Shown here one piece after another: positions 1 to 11,744 of a stretch of DNA of 64,000 nucleotides. The translations under genes and the position numbers were made by a program. The DNA lies in the NCBI RefSeq assembly GCF_001194135.2, contig NC_068987.1, positions 62,332,522 through 62,396,521 on the forward strand, read 5' to 3'. Every line of letters starts with the position of its first letter. Position 1 is the stretch's first letter. The notes beneath the pieces are model-generated. The model searched no databases, was not told the DNA's origin, and saw nothing but the letters and a program-made list of their open reading frames with translations. This stretch comes from Octopus bimaculoides. Its lineage: Eukaryota.

Positions 1-819
1 TGTATGAGCACGCGCTATTCTGTTCTTTTTTCTCTTCTGGCATCTGAAGCCTCGGGAAATGCTTGTCAAAAGAACAAGACAAGCGTTCCAAAATTATGTT
101 TCTCGACATTTTTCAAATGTCAAGAAGGAAATTTTTGTATTTTGCTAGGGCCGAAACTGCCCCTGGGGGTCAATTCCTGCCCTTGAAAATACACACAAAT
201 GAAGCCTAGGTGCTTCGCAACAAAATTATTAAAAAATTCCAACAAAATGTGGACAGTAAAAGGTCAAATAAACGTTTACCTTCGCAGCCGATGTGACAGC
301 ACGTCCGTGAGAAGAGATAGATAGATAAATAGATAGATAGATCATAAACTGACAGCTGAGCTGAAGTGAACTGAAAAAGAAAAAAAATTAATGATCTTGA
401 ATGTCAAATAATTTAGACTGAGCCTTGTTAGTGATAAGTATAGTGGCGGTGGGCGGCCGTTAAATGATGATAGTGGTGGATATTGTTTAATGGAGGTAGC
501 AGTGGTGGTTGGACAGCAAAAAATGTAGTTTCTAATGTTTTAAAAATGTCTTATAGCTCTTGATGCATGCGTTTTATTGCAATTAAATTTTGCTTGCTAA
601 GTCGAAGCATATTTGTTTAGAAAATAGAGATGACGATAGACAATGTAAACTAAGAAGAGGAAGACAAGAAAGTTTGAGATTAATCGTTTTTGTAGTTTTG
701 TCTTCGAAATAGCATATTCTGATTTGTTAAAACTTTACAAATATACTCTCCAAGAGGAGGATCAAGACTCATTCCCGAACTATTGACTCATGAAGCCAGT
801 TTCTCGGAGTCTGTGGTAT

Positions 820-960
820 ATACATCGCATCCTGGACAGAACACCGCTCCGTCGCAGAATTATTCATTTTTGCTAGCTGAGTGAACTGGAACCATGTGAA
901 ATGAAGTGTTTCGCTCAAGAACACAATGCTTCACCAGTCCAGGAATCAAAAACACAGTGC
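820..960 (-). mobile_element. tRNA-derived SINE fragment (same family as 32297-32546)
   Basis: GAAATGAAGTGTTTCGCTCAAGAACACAATGC...CCAGGAATC matches the core of the 32297-32546 copy. Confidence 0.65.
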
Positions 961-1482
961 CATGCAGCAAAATAATAATTAAAGATAATGTCTTCAGTTT
1001 TGTTCCATGGTTTGTAGTGTTTATTTCTTGACACAAAGCAAAAAATATTAGATAACTCACAAAGTACTAGGCATAAGAATATAGCTTTTCAAAAAAGTTG
1101 TTTCTTGAGCATGCATCTCCAATGCTACCTGTGTGGATTTTTATACCATCTCAAGAATCAATTATTTCAGAAAAATATACAATTTTGTCTTACAATTTTT
1201 TAAATAATTCTGCAAGTTCCACGAGTACTGCTAGTAGTTATTTATGTAAGAGTGTCATCTAGAAAAATTGAAATAATTTGAGATAGGTAAATATGATGAG
1301 TGAAACAGTCTTATTGAAAACAAATGAAGGATAACTTATTTTCTGTGTGCTAATGATATGCATTTTTGTAATACATAATTGGCATTCATGCTTTAAAAAA
1401 ATTTTTGCAATACATTATTTGTAATACATAATTATAATACATAATATATTTTTTAGATTTTTGTAATACATAATTGGCTTTT

Positions 1483-2652
1483 ATGTTCTTTTTAGATATA
1501 AGTTTTGCTCTTCAACAGTCGTACTTCGATAAAAGAACATTGCTATTAAAACATACCAATGTGACTTATATAAAAAGACCAAAGTATTCAAAAGTTCCAG
1601 GTGAGTATTATGATAAACCACGACCTTACAAACACAACTTCAAAAGACTTATCAATGAACCAGATCTCTGTTCTAGGCATGAACGGATTTTACTTCTCTA
1701 TATTGTTAGAACCTTTCACACCAACTTTGTTCGTCGGGAAATACTAAGAGAAGTATTCCAGGATATTCCGCATGATCCTTATTCAAAAAATATAATTATT
1801 AGACATGTTTTCATATTTGGTAAAACAAAAAATTCTACATTAGAATCCTTAATTCAGAACGAGAGTAAAAAGTATAGAGATATCATTCAGGAAGATTTTA
1901 CGGAATCCTACACTAATCTTGGATTAAAAACAATAATGGCGTGGAAATGGAGTGTAGAATTTTGTGGTAACGCTGATTATGTCATGGTCATGAACGATGA
2001 ACTTTTTGTAGACCAATACAAATTGGTGCCTTATCTCCATTATCAGTTGCTTCAATCAACACGTAAAGATCGTTTTGTAGCCTGTTTCAGACAGGAAGGG
2101 CCAGGAGATTTACAATACTTTCTCAAAGTTAAACGTGTTCCTCAGAATATTATTTACAAAGGAAAACGCTATCCCCGATTTTGTAATGGTGTGGGTTATG
2201 TGGCACATATTTTTCTAATTAATAAACTGTATATTGCTGCATTGGACAACCATGTTTTTATGCCTGATGATGCTTGGAATGGAGTTTTAGCAGAAAAATT
2301 GAATATATATGTACCTTTCATAAATACGTTTTATGAATTTTTCAATCCTATTCAGAAATTTTCTTCACCTAATTATGCGTCAAGTCCACTAATGTTTGCA
2401 GTAACTGATAAGAGAAGCAATAGGAATCACGAGGAAGAGATAGAAAAAAAACTTTTAACCATTTTGGCTAATCGCAGAGCCAAGAACCAAGAAGAAATTT
2501 TGTATATTGAACATACTACAGACAAAATATCTTATATTCTTGTAATATCTTATATTACAGTAATAATCCTATGTTTTGTAGTTTGCAAAAGAAAAAGATT
2601 GTTTTCGAAGGTGCTCAATTATATATTTCAAAATTTATGTGAGTGTTATTGA
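1483..2652 (+). CDS. GT31-family (Galactosyl_T) beta-1,3-galactosyltransferase-like protein; single large coding exon, possibly spliced to an upstream exon
   Basis: Intact ORF: first ATG at 1483, TGA at 2650-2652, overlapping AATAAA at 2652. GT31 motifs appear in order: RREILR (RRxxIR), VFIFG, ESKKYRDIIQEDFTESYTNLGLKT, W-x4-C, YVMVMNDELFVD (DxD position), YPRFCNGVGYV, DDAWNG (EDVxxG position). NxS/T sequons NVT, NST and NES. A pyrimidine-rich AG at 1494-1495 could be a phase-1 splice acceptor. Confidence 0.9.
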   Translation: MFFLDISFALQQSYFDKRTLLLKHTNVTYIKRPKYSKVPGEYYDKPRPYKHNFKRLINEPDLCSRHERILLLYIVRTFHTNFVRREILREVFQDIPHDPYSKNIIIRHVFIFGKTKNSTLESLIQNESKKYRDIIQEDFTESYTNLGLKTIMAWKWSVEFCGNADYVMVMNDELFVDQYKLVPYLHYQLLQSTRKDRFVACFRQEGPGDLQYFLKVKRVPQNIIYKGKRYPRFCNGVGYVAHIFLINKLYIAALDNHVFMPDDAWNGVLAEKLNIYVPFINTFYEFFNPIQKFSSPNYASSPLMFAVTDKRSNRNHEEEIEKKLLTILANRRAKNQEEILYIEHTTDKISYILVISYITVIILCFVVCKRKRLFSKVLNYIFQNLCECY

Positions 2653-3654
2653 ATAAAATTTATAAATACAATTCATAAAATATGTATTATCGGAAACTAG
2701 AAAGGATTCTCATACATTTTGTAATTAATTCTCAAATCTTCTTTTGTTTCTTTTTTTTTAAATATTATATCACTGAAATATCTTTCTCTCTTTAATTAGG
2801 CATTGTAATTATGAATGCAAGACTGTAATAACGGATACATTTCAAAAAAGATTTATTAATAAACAGAAGAATAGACTAAGCATGTATTTTTATTGCTGTT
2901 AAGACCCAGACCAGCGTCCATTAAGTAGGCGTATAAAATGAGATATTCACACCCACGTTAATCTAGATAATTTCTTGTGCATTGCACATTTAGAATTATG
3001 TTATCCAATGCATACTTCCTCTTTATTTTAAGCATTAAAATGTAATTCGAGGGTGATTTCGCTACTATTTCTAACATGTCGAACAACTACACAGAATCTC
3101 TTTCGTCGCCTCACATTTTATCATATATCTCGATCTGTAGGATTGAATTTGGTCTTTAACATCGCTTAAGAATATTATAAAATCTGGACGTAACATTTTG
3201 TGCTTTAGCATGGCTCCTTTTGTTTTATCACTCAGTATTTACAACTGAAATTTACATATATGTTTGTGAAGCTGGATTGATAAAAACGTATTATATAGCT
3301 GTCTAACATGCCTTAAATTAACATCACAGCATATTTTGCAAAACAGACATCAGTCACTATTTTCAACAGATGATGAACAGTAAATTTTCAGCCAAGATCC
3401 CCATGTGCATTCCGTTTACAGTGCCTTGCTAAAGCATTCTTTCATATGGTTTTGATAGGAGCGTTCAGCCAGTCGAGGACTTTCAGGACAGTTGTAGATT
3501 AGAAGTTTGTTGTAGCGTGGATTCAAATCGTATCCTTGTTGACGCAGAGCAGTTTTTTATGCATTAACAAAACAAGCAAAAATAAAAAGAAACACGCCTT
3601 ATACGCCGATAAATATGGTGTTTATGTGTGTGCGTGTGTGCCTCAATCATTAAT

Positions 3655-3931
3655 CTGTGGCTGTCACTGCCTTGAAAAAGTTTTAGTCGAATGAATCGCG
3701 CCAGTATGTATTTTTTTCAGCCTGGTACTTATTCAATCAGCCTATTTTTGCTGAACCCGTAAGTTACTGAGACATAGACAAACCAACATTGGTAGTAAAG
3801 TGGTGGTCGTCGTGGTTATGGTGGTGGTGGTGGTTATGGTGGTGGTGGTGGTTATGGTGGTGGTGGTGGTTATGGTGGTGGTGGTGGTTATGGTGGTGGT
3901 GGGGACAAACACAGTCACAAAAACACACTCA

Positions 3932-3982
<51 letters not shown>

Positions 3983-4175
3983 ATGTGTGTGTATGTGTAT
4001 GTATATATGTATGTATACGACACGCTACTTTCAGTTTCCGTCTACAAAATCCACTCATAAGACTTTGACCGGCTCGTAGCTATTGTAGAAGACACCTGCC
4101 CAAGATGCCACGCAGGGGACTGTACCCGGAATCATGTGGTTGGGAAGCAAGCTTCTTACCATAGAGTCACACCTG
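3655..4175 (-). mobile_element. tRNA-headed SINE family A with a microsatellite centre
   Basis: The minus strand begins with a tRNA-like head and a GCATCTTGGGCAGGTGTCTTCT core, followed by (AGAT)n and (ACC/ATAACC)n and the family-A body. Homologous to copies at 9952, 11485, 12935, 20535 and 22120. Confidence 0.75.
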
Positions 4176-4439
4176 TATCACCCCTGTATATGTACACACA
4201 AAGACACACACACATATATATATATACACGCACACACTTACATGCACACATATGTAGTAGTAGTAGTAGTAGTAGTAGTAAAATCGATAATAAAGGACAC
4301 AGTTAATTTGGCGTCAGGGAATGGAGAATCCTCCGTTTCGAGACAGTGTCCTTCTTTGCTGCAGGGGAAAATGTGAAAGAAGAGAAATAAATGAGAAAAA
4401 AACTGTACATCACACGCGCGTGTACACATACACTACATC

Positions 4440-4790
4440 CCATATATATGTCAGTAAAAGGTGGGGTTGTTCCGAGAACCTCATTTACGTCCTTACATGC
4501 GCAGGTTGCCAACACAATTATATCGGACAAACGACCCCCTTTTACGCAGAAGAGTAGCAGTCCATAAAGAACAGATAAATCTCCCACAATACCGTCAAAT
4601 TCCACTCAGTGGCCACATAGACTCTTGCGCGAGAAATAAAAATCCCAAATTTCTCATTTTCCCTCTCTATCAATGTAAAGACAGAATCTCTATACAAGAA
4701 AGAATCAACAAGGAGAATCTTTTTATTGAAAAATTTCAAACACTTCTCAATATGCAAACTACACGGTGCCCGTATTCTTTTTTCTAACCT
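4440..4790 (+). mobile_element. Penelope-like element GIY-YIG endonuclease remnant (frameshifted)
   Basis: CSENLIYVLTCAGCQHNYIGQT, then a frameshift near the C/T run at about 4535, then LRRRVAVHKEQI...ERINKENLFIEKF. This is IY-x-YIG plus the catalytic R, E and N pattern. Confidence 0.85.
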
Positions 4791-5559
4791 ACCTCATTAA
4801 ATCTAAGAACAGACATAAACATCCTGNNNNNNNNNNNNNNNNNNNNNNNNNNNNNNNNNNNNNNNNNNNNNNNNNNNNNNNNNNNNNNNNNNNNNNNNNN
4901 NNNNNNNNNNNNNNNNNNNNNNNNNNNNNNNNNNNNNNNNNNNNNNNNNNNNNNNNNNNNNNNNNNNNNNNNNNNNNNNNNNNNNNNNNNNNNNNNNNNN
5001 NNNNNNNNNNNNNNNNNNNNNNNNNNNNNNNNNNNNNNNNNNNNNNNNNNNNNNNNNNNNNNNNNNNNNNNNNNNNNNNNNNNNNNNNNNNNNNNNNNNN
5101 NNNNNNNNNNNNNNNNNNNNNNNNNNNNNNNNNNNNNNNNNNNNNNNNNNNNNNNNNNNNNNNNNNNNNNNNNNNNNNNNNNNNNNNNNNNNNNNNNNNN
5201 NNNNNNNNNNNNNNNNNNNNNNNNNNNNNNNNNNNNNNNNNNNNNNNNNNNNNNNNNNNNNNNNNNNNNNNNNNNNNNNNNNNNNNNNNNNNNNNNNNNN
5301 NNNNNNNNNNNNNGAAGGAATAAAATGCAGTAAAACAATGCAATCTGCATGTATGATGAAGGGAACGCTGGTACGTTATTTAAAAAAAAACACGTTAATA
5401 TATATAACGTCAAAGGCAATTTATAGAAAGCGAAGGAGGAGGAAGAAAGAAAATAGCAGAAAATTAAAAGTGGAGAAATATAGAGCGATAGGTGAATAGG
5501 AATAAAGGTTAAAGGCTTGGAAATAGACAGTTAAAGGTCAAATTTTATAGACTGGTAGA

Positions 5560-6420
5560 AATCACTTATAGGAACTAAAAGTATGTTTTTGCCAATGTTT
5601 GCAACGATAAACGCGTTCTTTAAACGTGTTTACAAGAGGATTCTGTGAGAACAGAATGAAATACATTTCATCGTTACAGAGCGAACAAAAAGATTTAGCT
5701 TTACCATACGGAAATGATTTAGATAGAATATTCCATTCCAAATCAAATTGTTTATTATGTTCCTTTAGAGACCAAATTAATTTACTAAACCCAATATTGT
5801 TACGTTTATTGATATGTCTAAATGTAGAGTTATGAGTAGATATTCATTTGGACAACTGAGATGAAGAACTACCTATATAGAACTGGAAGTAATTTTGTAT
5901 TGATAAATGAAGTTTCTAGTCTTAGAATTACTGCTAAGGAAACGAATGGGATTGCTATTATTATCTAAAGAGTGGTTAGTGTTAATAATATCAATGTTAC
6001 TATTTTCATTAAAAGGATTTGTATTTAACAACTTATTATTATGCGAAGAGATGATTTCTGAATGGGTTTTGGTGTTTGAAAACCTATCCTGATTCGGTGT
6101 GAATTAATAATCGAATAATATTTTGAATTTTGGGGGAAATTATTATCTATAGTTTCACGAAACTGGTAAGGGAGTTTGGATTTGATCTGGTTACCGTATG
6201 GAATTATCAACCAAACAGTTTTTCTAGGACATGCCTTATTATTAGGGTAATTATCTTTAAAAGCCCTCGATGTACATTTATAACGAAAAAGGGGTCTTAA
6301 AGAACGGTTATCTCCCTTACGCTGCAGAATTACATTACTCGATTTAGTGTTATTCGAACTAAAATTTATATTGTTAATATTATGACTTGATTTCATGTCC
6401 TGATCAATAGAGGTAGAATT
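5560..6420 (-). mobile_element. Penelope-like element remnant (RT-EN linker plus GIY-YIG with C-terminal CxLC...CxH)
   Basis: Linker VWLIIPYGNQIK...NFPQNSKYYSIINSHRIRIGF. Manual minus-strand translation across frameshifts gives NFIYQYKIT...YIGS...ISTHNSTFRH...SKLIWSLK...LEWNIL...PY...CSLCNDE...LVN...E...CKH. Confidence 0.75.
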
Positions 6421-6578
6421 AATGTCAGTAGGGTTAATATAGGTAATTTTTTTCTTTATAGCCTACTTTAAGTAAAGCAGAGTTATAAAATTCGGCTTTA
6501 TCGTTGAAGGTATCAACATTAGCAGATTATCTAGAAAGTCAAAGTATGTACACACACACAAACAAACATATATGTATG

Positions 6579-6610
<32 letters not shown>

Positions 6611-6644
6611 TGTATGTATGTATGTATGTATGTATGTATGTATG

Positions 6645-6696
<52 letters not shown>

Positions 6697-7224
6697 CGGT
6701 TTCCGTAGACCCCGATCAACTTGTGTTTTGCTGTCTGACCTCAGACAGAGGCGGTCTTTTCGGTCAACTTCAGTCAAATTAGTGTTGTGGCACTTGATCA
6801 ACGACAATGTTTGCCACAGGCTCTATTTTCAGTGGGTAAATCCGCTTATCATCATCTGGATTAATAAGCTGCATATCTCTAAAACGTAGAAATATCTATA
6901 TCATAGTTTCATTCATCAATAGACTTTTGTATCAATATAAACTTTTATGCATTACCAACTACCCAGCCAGTCAATCAACCAACCTATCAACCACCTTTTC
7001 TACACCGTTGCTTTCTACTGTAACTTGTCGTGAAAGTAACAACCACAACATTATAACTAAAGATGAAGTGAGATATGATGAGAAAAACATTAAAGAAATA
7101 AAATATTTAGACTTAAATTTTATTTTAATCCTTGAAGTGATATTAAATTAAAACGACGTTTTGTGAATTTGTTTCTAATAGGAAAGCTACGATAAACCAA
7201 GCTACCATAAGTTATCTCCGTTAT

Positions 7225-9165
7225 TCTTGTTCCTTTTCTTTTTTAGTTGCCATGTCCAGAATGTCACTGCCACAATGTTTTTTTTCTGCAACAGTTCCAT
7301 TTCCTGATAATTAATGCTTTTTTTAAATTTCTTTATTGCCCACAAGGGGCTAAACATAGAGAGCACAATTAATTAATGCTTGTTTCTTCCAACCAAATCG
7401 TCAAGCTTGACATCCGTATCATCCTTCTCCTTCCTCTGCTCCTTTTCCCTTCAATCTTTCTGGTTATCGATAAATTCTCAAGCCCTCTTTCCTCATAAAA
7501 AAAAAAAACAAGAAATTTCATTTGTTTGGCCCTTATCTCACGAAGTAGTTTCCTATGTACCGCAGCCCAAATCATAATTTTTTCATTAGTCACTTTGACC
7601 ATGCTACCCTCAATATTCTCCTTAAGATCCACATTTCACAGCTATCCTAGCACTTTCTCATCCCTAATGTTATAAATCATGCTTCACTTCCATACATTAA
7701 CACAAGGAAGATATAAAAGTTTAATACATGAATCTTGGTCTTGATGCTCAGAGTATGGTTTCTCAAGAGTTTCTACAGTTTTAAGAAAGCAGATTTTGCC
7801 AACACTATTCGTCTTTCGATTTCCTTCCCACGTCTTGCATCTTCTATGATCAAAGTTTTAATTTTGTTGAAGGATGATACCTTCTTAATGATTTGATTAT
7901 TCACTTTCAATATGTACTTTGAACTTTCCTTCTTTGTGATCACCATACACTCTATCTTGCAATATATGAACAGACTCTTCCTCTCACTTTCTCTGACCAT
8001 TACATCAAGAAGTCTCTGAAGTTTCTTATACGATTCTGTAAGTAAGACTGTGTCATCTGCATATCTTATGTTTATGATGTTTCTACCTCCTACTCTAAGA
8101 TATTTTTCCTCTCTCTGGTTCTCTTATGATCAATTCGCTATAGTAACTGAAGAGATCTGGTGATATACATCATACATCCTTTCATTATGCTAGTGTATTC
8201 AATGTATTATCCATCCAATTTTATCAATGCTGATGGGTTCCAGTTCAGGCCCTTCAAGATTCGGAGGTCTTTCATCTGCAGATCAATGTTACTAAGTTCT
8301 TCAAATAGCATGTCATGTCTTAGTTTGTCGAAGGCTTTTGTGTAATATTTGAAACACACGAAGGCGTCCTTTTGCATCTCCACCGTCCGCTCTGTTACCA
8401 TTCTCAATATAAAAATAGCATTCCTAGTACCAGCTCCCTTTACAGAGCTAAGTTGTTCAATTCCAATCTTGGGTATTATTCTGCTTCTTGCCCGCAGAGG
8501 TAAAATTTTCAGAATGATCTTTGTAACATGGCTCATGAGAAAAGTTGTGCGATTTTCACAGTCTACAGCTCTTGATTTCTTCAGGAGTGCAGTAAAGACG
8601 GGTTTATTCAAATATTCTGGAAAGTTCCCATCATCATAGGTCTTATTTATTATATCTGTCAGTTTTCTAATTCCATATTCCTCTAATGCTTCTATCATCG
8701 CAGCGATAATTCTTTCTGGCCCGGCAGCTTTGCTTTTTCTCATCATTTTGACGGGCTGCTTGTACTTCAGATGGCAAGATCTTTAGATCCGCAGTAGTGT
8801 CAAGAAAACTAGGCAAGATTGCTCTCTCATCATCAGATAAATTTCTTATATACTATGTCAATCCATTCAAAATGTCAGTCTTCTCAACCATCATCCTTTG
8901 CTCAGATACATCAGGAATTTGAGCATCCTGATTTTCTGTCAGAGATCTCATTTACCTTCTGATGTATTTTTCTTCACACACTATTCATTCACCCAGGTCT
9001 CTCTAGCCTCGATCCACTTCATTTAATCAGTCTATTTAGCTCCCTATACTTTTTAGATTTCATCTTCTTGATTCGTCACTATCTCATCATTAAAAGGATC
9101 TCCTCAATCATCCATTTCTTTTTGATTTTATTCGTTGCTGTTGTAGAGAGAGTTTATGCCGCCTT
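7225..9165 (-). mobile_element. RTE-clade (BovB-like) LINE: linker, RT and 3' end, degraded
   Basis: KAAGPE, SHVTKIILKI, GTRNAIFILR, YTKAFDKLRH, NIRYADD (about 8051-8063), EIERRIVLAKSAF and IEGKRSRGR. RTE-type 3' end near 7225-7265. Confidence 0.9.
7320..7369 (-). mobile_element. 5'-truncated SINE family B tail inserted into the RTE with a 12-bp TSD
   Basis: TAATTAATGCTT at 7308-7319 and 7370-7381 flanks TTTCTTTATTGCCCACAAGGGGCTAAACATAGAG, the same tail as 28947-29165. Confidence 0.8.
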
Positions 9166-9179
9166 TAAATAGGCCTATC

Positions 9180-9950
9180 TATGCCCTGCACTGGGAACCA
9201 GAAGTGCAGCACAGGTGTGTCAACAGATGATCTTTGAGTGAAGGACAACAGCAGATCTTGATTAAGTGGCGGGCGTTTCGGTGACCCTAGATGCAGCCAT
9301 CATGCTGCGGTGGAGAAGGCAACGTGGAATCATTTCACTACTTTACAATTCCCAAGAATGGTCACGAATAGTCGCAATTCAATGTTGGAGATAATGGCGT
9401 GAAGGAGGCTTGTCTGCCTAATGAGGATGGCTTCTCGCTCAATAGGGTATCCCATGAGCGGCTAGTGGGTCAACATCTTGAGCATAAATGAAACAAGTTG
9501 GCCGAATAATAGTGACTCCGTCATCAATGATATGAAGATGATTTATGCAGGTAGGGGCAAATGATAAAGGAGTAGGACTACTGTTAGATCCTGATATGCA
9601 AAACGTGTCCTTGGATACAGAACAGTAAGGAAAAAAGTCCTGCTTGATTAAACTGCAAGGACACCCATTTAACATTTCCATCATAGTTGTTTATGCACGC
9701 ACAGCAGATATTACAGGAATGGCGATTAATGCCTTCTATGAGACCATAGAAGAAGCCAAATCTCTGCGCAAGTCAGATGTAATTAATAACATCATGGGAG
9801 ATCTGAATGCAAAGGTGGGTCGTGGATAGGATGGCAACGCAATGGTATGTATAGAATTAGCGAAAAGAAATGAGCGAGGTGAGATGAATATGGTTGTGTG
9901 AGACAAAGAATATGATCATTATGAACACATGGATTGAGGAGCACCCAAGG
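9180..9950 (+). mobile_element. RTE 5' UTR and AP-endonuclease fragment, opposite orientation to 7225-9165
   Basis: ILSINETSW, KLQGHPFNISIIVVYART, FYETIEEA, IMGDLNAKVG and RNERGE (APE motifs); upstream sequence resembles a BovB-type 5' UTR. Confidence 0.85.
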
Positions 9951-9951
9951 A

Positions 9952-10257
9952 GCCGACCAAAGCCTGGTGAGTGGATTTGGTAGACGGAAACTGAAAGAAG
10001 GCCGAAATATATATGTATATGTATATATATATGTGTGTGTGTGTGCTTGTGTGTCTGTGTTTGTCCCCCCCAACATCGCTTGACAACCGATGGTGGTGTG
10101 TTTACGTCCTCGTAACTTAGCGGTTCAGCAAAAGAAACCGATGGAATAAGTACTAGGCTTACAAAGAATAAGTCCTGGGGTCGATTGGCTCGACTAAAGG
10201 CGGTGCTCCAGCATGGCCGCAGTCAAATGACTGAAACAAGTAAAAAAGTAAAAGAGT
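9952..10257 (+). mobile_element. SINE family A, 5'-truncated
   Basis: GTGAGTGGATTTGGTAGACGGAAACTGAAAGAAG...GTAACTTAGCGGTTC...GGTGCTCCAGCATGGCCGCAGTCAAATGACTGAAAC. Confidence 0.8.
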
Positions 10258-11484
10258 ATATATATATATATATNNNNNNNNNNNNNNNNNNNNNNNNNNN
10301 NNNNNNNNNNNNNNNNNNNNNNNNNNNNNNNNNNNNNNNNNNNNNNNNNNNNNNNNNNNNNNNNNNNNNNNNNNNNNNNNNNNNNNNNNNNNNNNNNNNN
10401 NNNNNNNNNNNNNNNNNNNNNNNNNNNNNNNNNNNNNNNNNNNNNNNNNNNNNNNNNNNNNNNNNNNNNNNNNNNNNNNNNNNNNNNNNNNNNNNNNNNN
10501 NNNNNNNNNNNNNNNNNNNNNNNNNNNNNNNNNNNNNNNNNNNNNNNNNNNNNNNNNNNNNNNNNNNNNNNNNNNNNNNNNNNNNNNNNNNNNNNNNNNN
10601 NNNNNNNNNNNNNNNNNNNNNNNNNNNNNNNNNNNNNNNNNNNNNNNNNNNNNNNNNNNNNNNNNNNNNNNNNNNNNNNNNNNNNNNNNNNNNNNNNNNN
10701 NNNNNNNNNNNNNNNNNNNNNNNNNNNNNNNNNNNNNNNNNNNNNNNNNNNNNNNNNNNNNNNNNNNNNNNNNNNNNNNNNNNNNNNNNNNNNNNNNNNN
10801 NNNNNNNNNNNNNNNNNNNNNNNNNNNNNNNNNNNNNNNNNNNNNNNNNNNNNNNNNNNNNNNNNNNNNNNNNNNNNNNNNNNNNNNNNNNNNNNNNNNN
10901 NNNNNNNNNNNNNNNNNNNNNNNNNNNNNNNNNNNNNNNNNNNNNNNNNNNNNNNNNNNNNNNNNNNNNNNNNNNNNNNNNNNNNNNNNNNNNNNNNNNN
11001 NNNNNNNNNNNNNNNNNNNNNNNNNNNNNNNNNNNNNNNNNNNNNNNNNNNNNNNNNNNNNNNNNNNNNNNNNNNNNNNNNNNNNNNNNNNNNNNNNNNN
11101 NNNNNNNNNNNNNNNNNNNNNNNNNNNNNNNNNNNNNNNNNNNNNNNNNNNNNNNNNNNNNNNNNNNNNNNNNATATATATATATATATATATATACGTA
11201 CATACAAAAACACAACCATAAAAAAAAGCAGATTTTCACGATATGAAAGTACCAGCTACTGATTGTCATACTATGACGGAGACATCTGATCGATCTTTAC
11301 CAATACAGTATAACAGGGGTATAATATACTAAAATAGATTGAAATAATCAAATCTGATAATGCAAAACGAAACATATGGTAAACGCTTAAATAAAAAAGG
11401 TATTTACACAAACACCATGAAGTGTTTTAGTCAAACGGTCGCAGTTAAATGACTGAAACGAATGAAACAATAAGAGAATATATT

Positions 11485-11681
11485 ATTTTTGTCATTTGAC
11501 TATGGTCATGCTGGAGCACCACCTTTTAACCGAAGAAATCTACCCCTGGACATATTCTTTGTAAGCCTTGTACTTATTCTATCAGGGTCTTTTGTCGAAC
11601 AGCTAAGTTACGGTGACGTAAAGACACCAATATCTGTTGTCAAGCGATGGCGGGAGGACAGACACAGGCACAAACGCACCA

Positions 11682-11744
<63 letters not shown>

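Noticed and set aside
6810-6860. Hammerhead-like motif on the minus strand (AGATGATGA...AGCGG/CCACT-GAAA)
   Set aside because: Core mismatch, broken stem II, and no UH or stem I partner.
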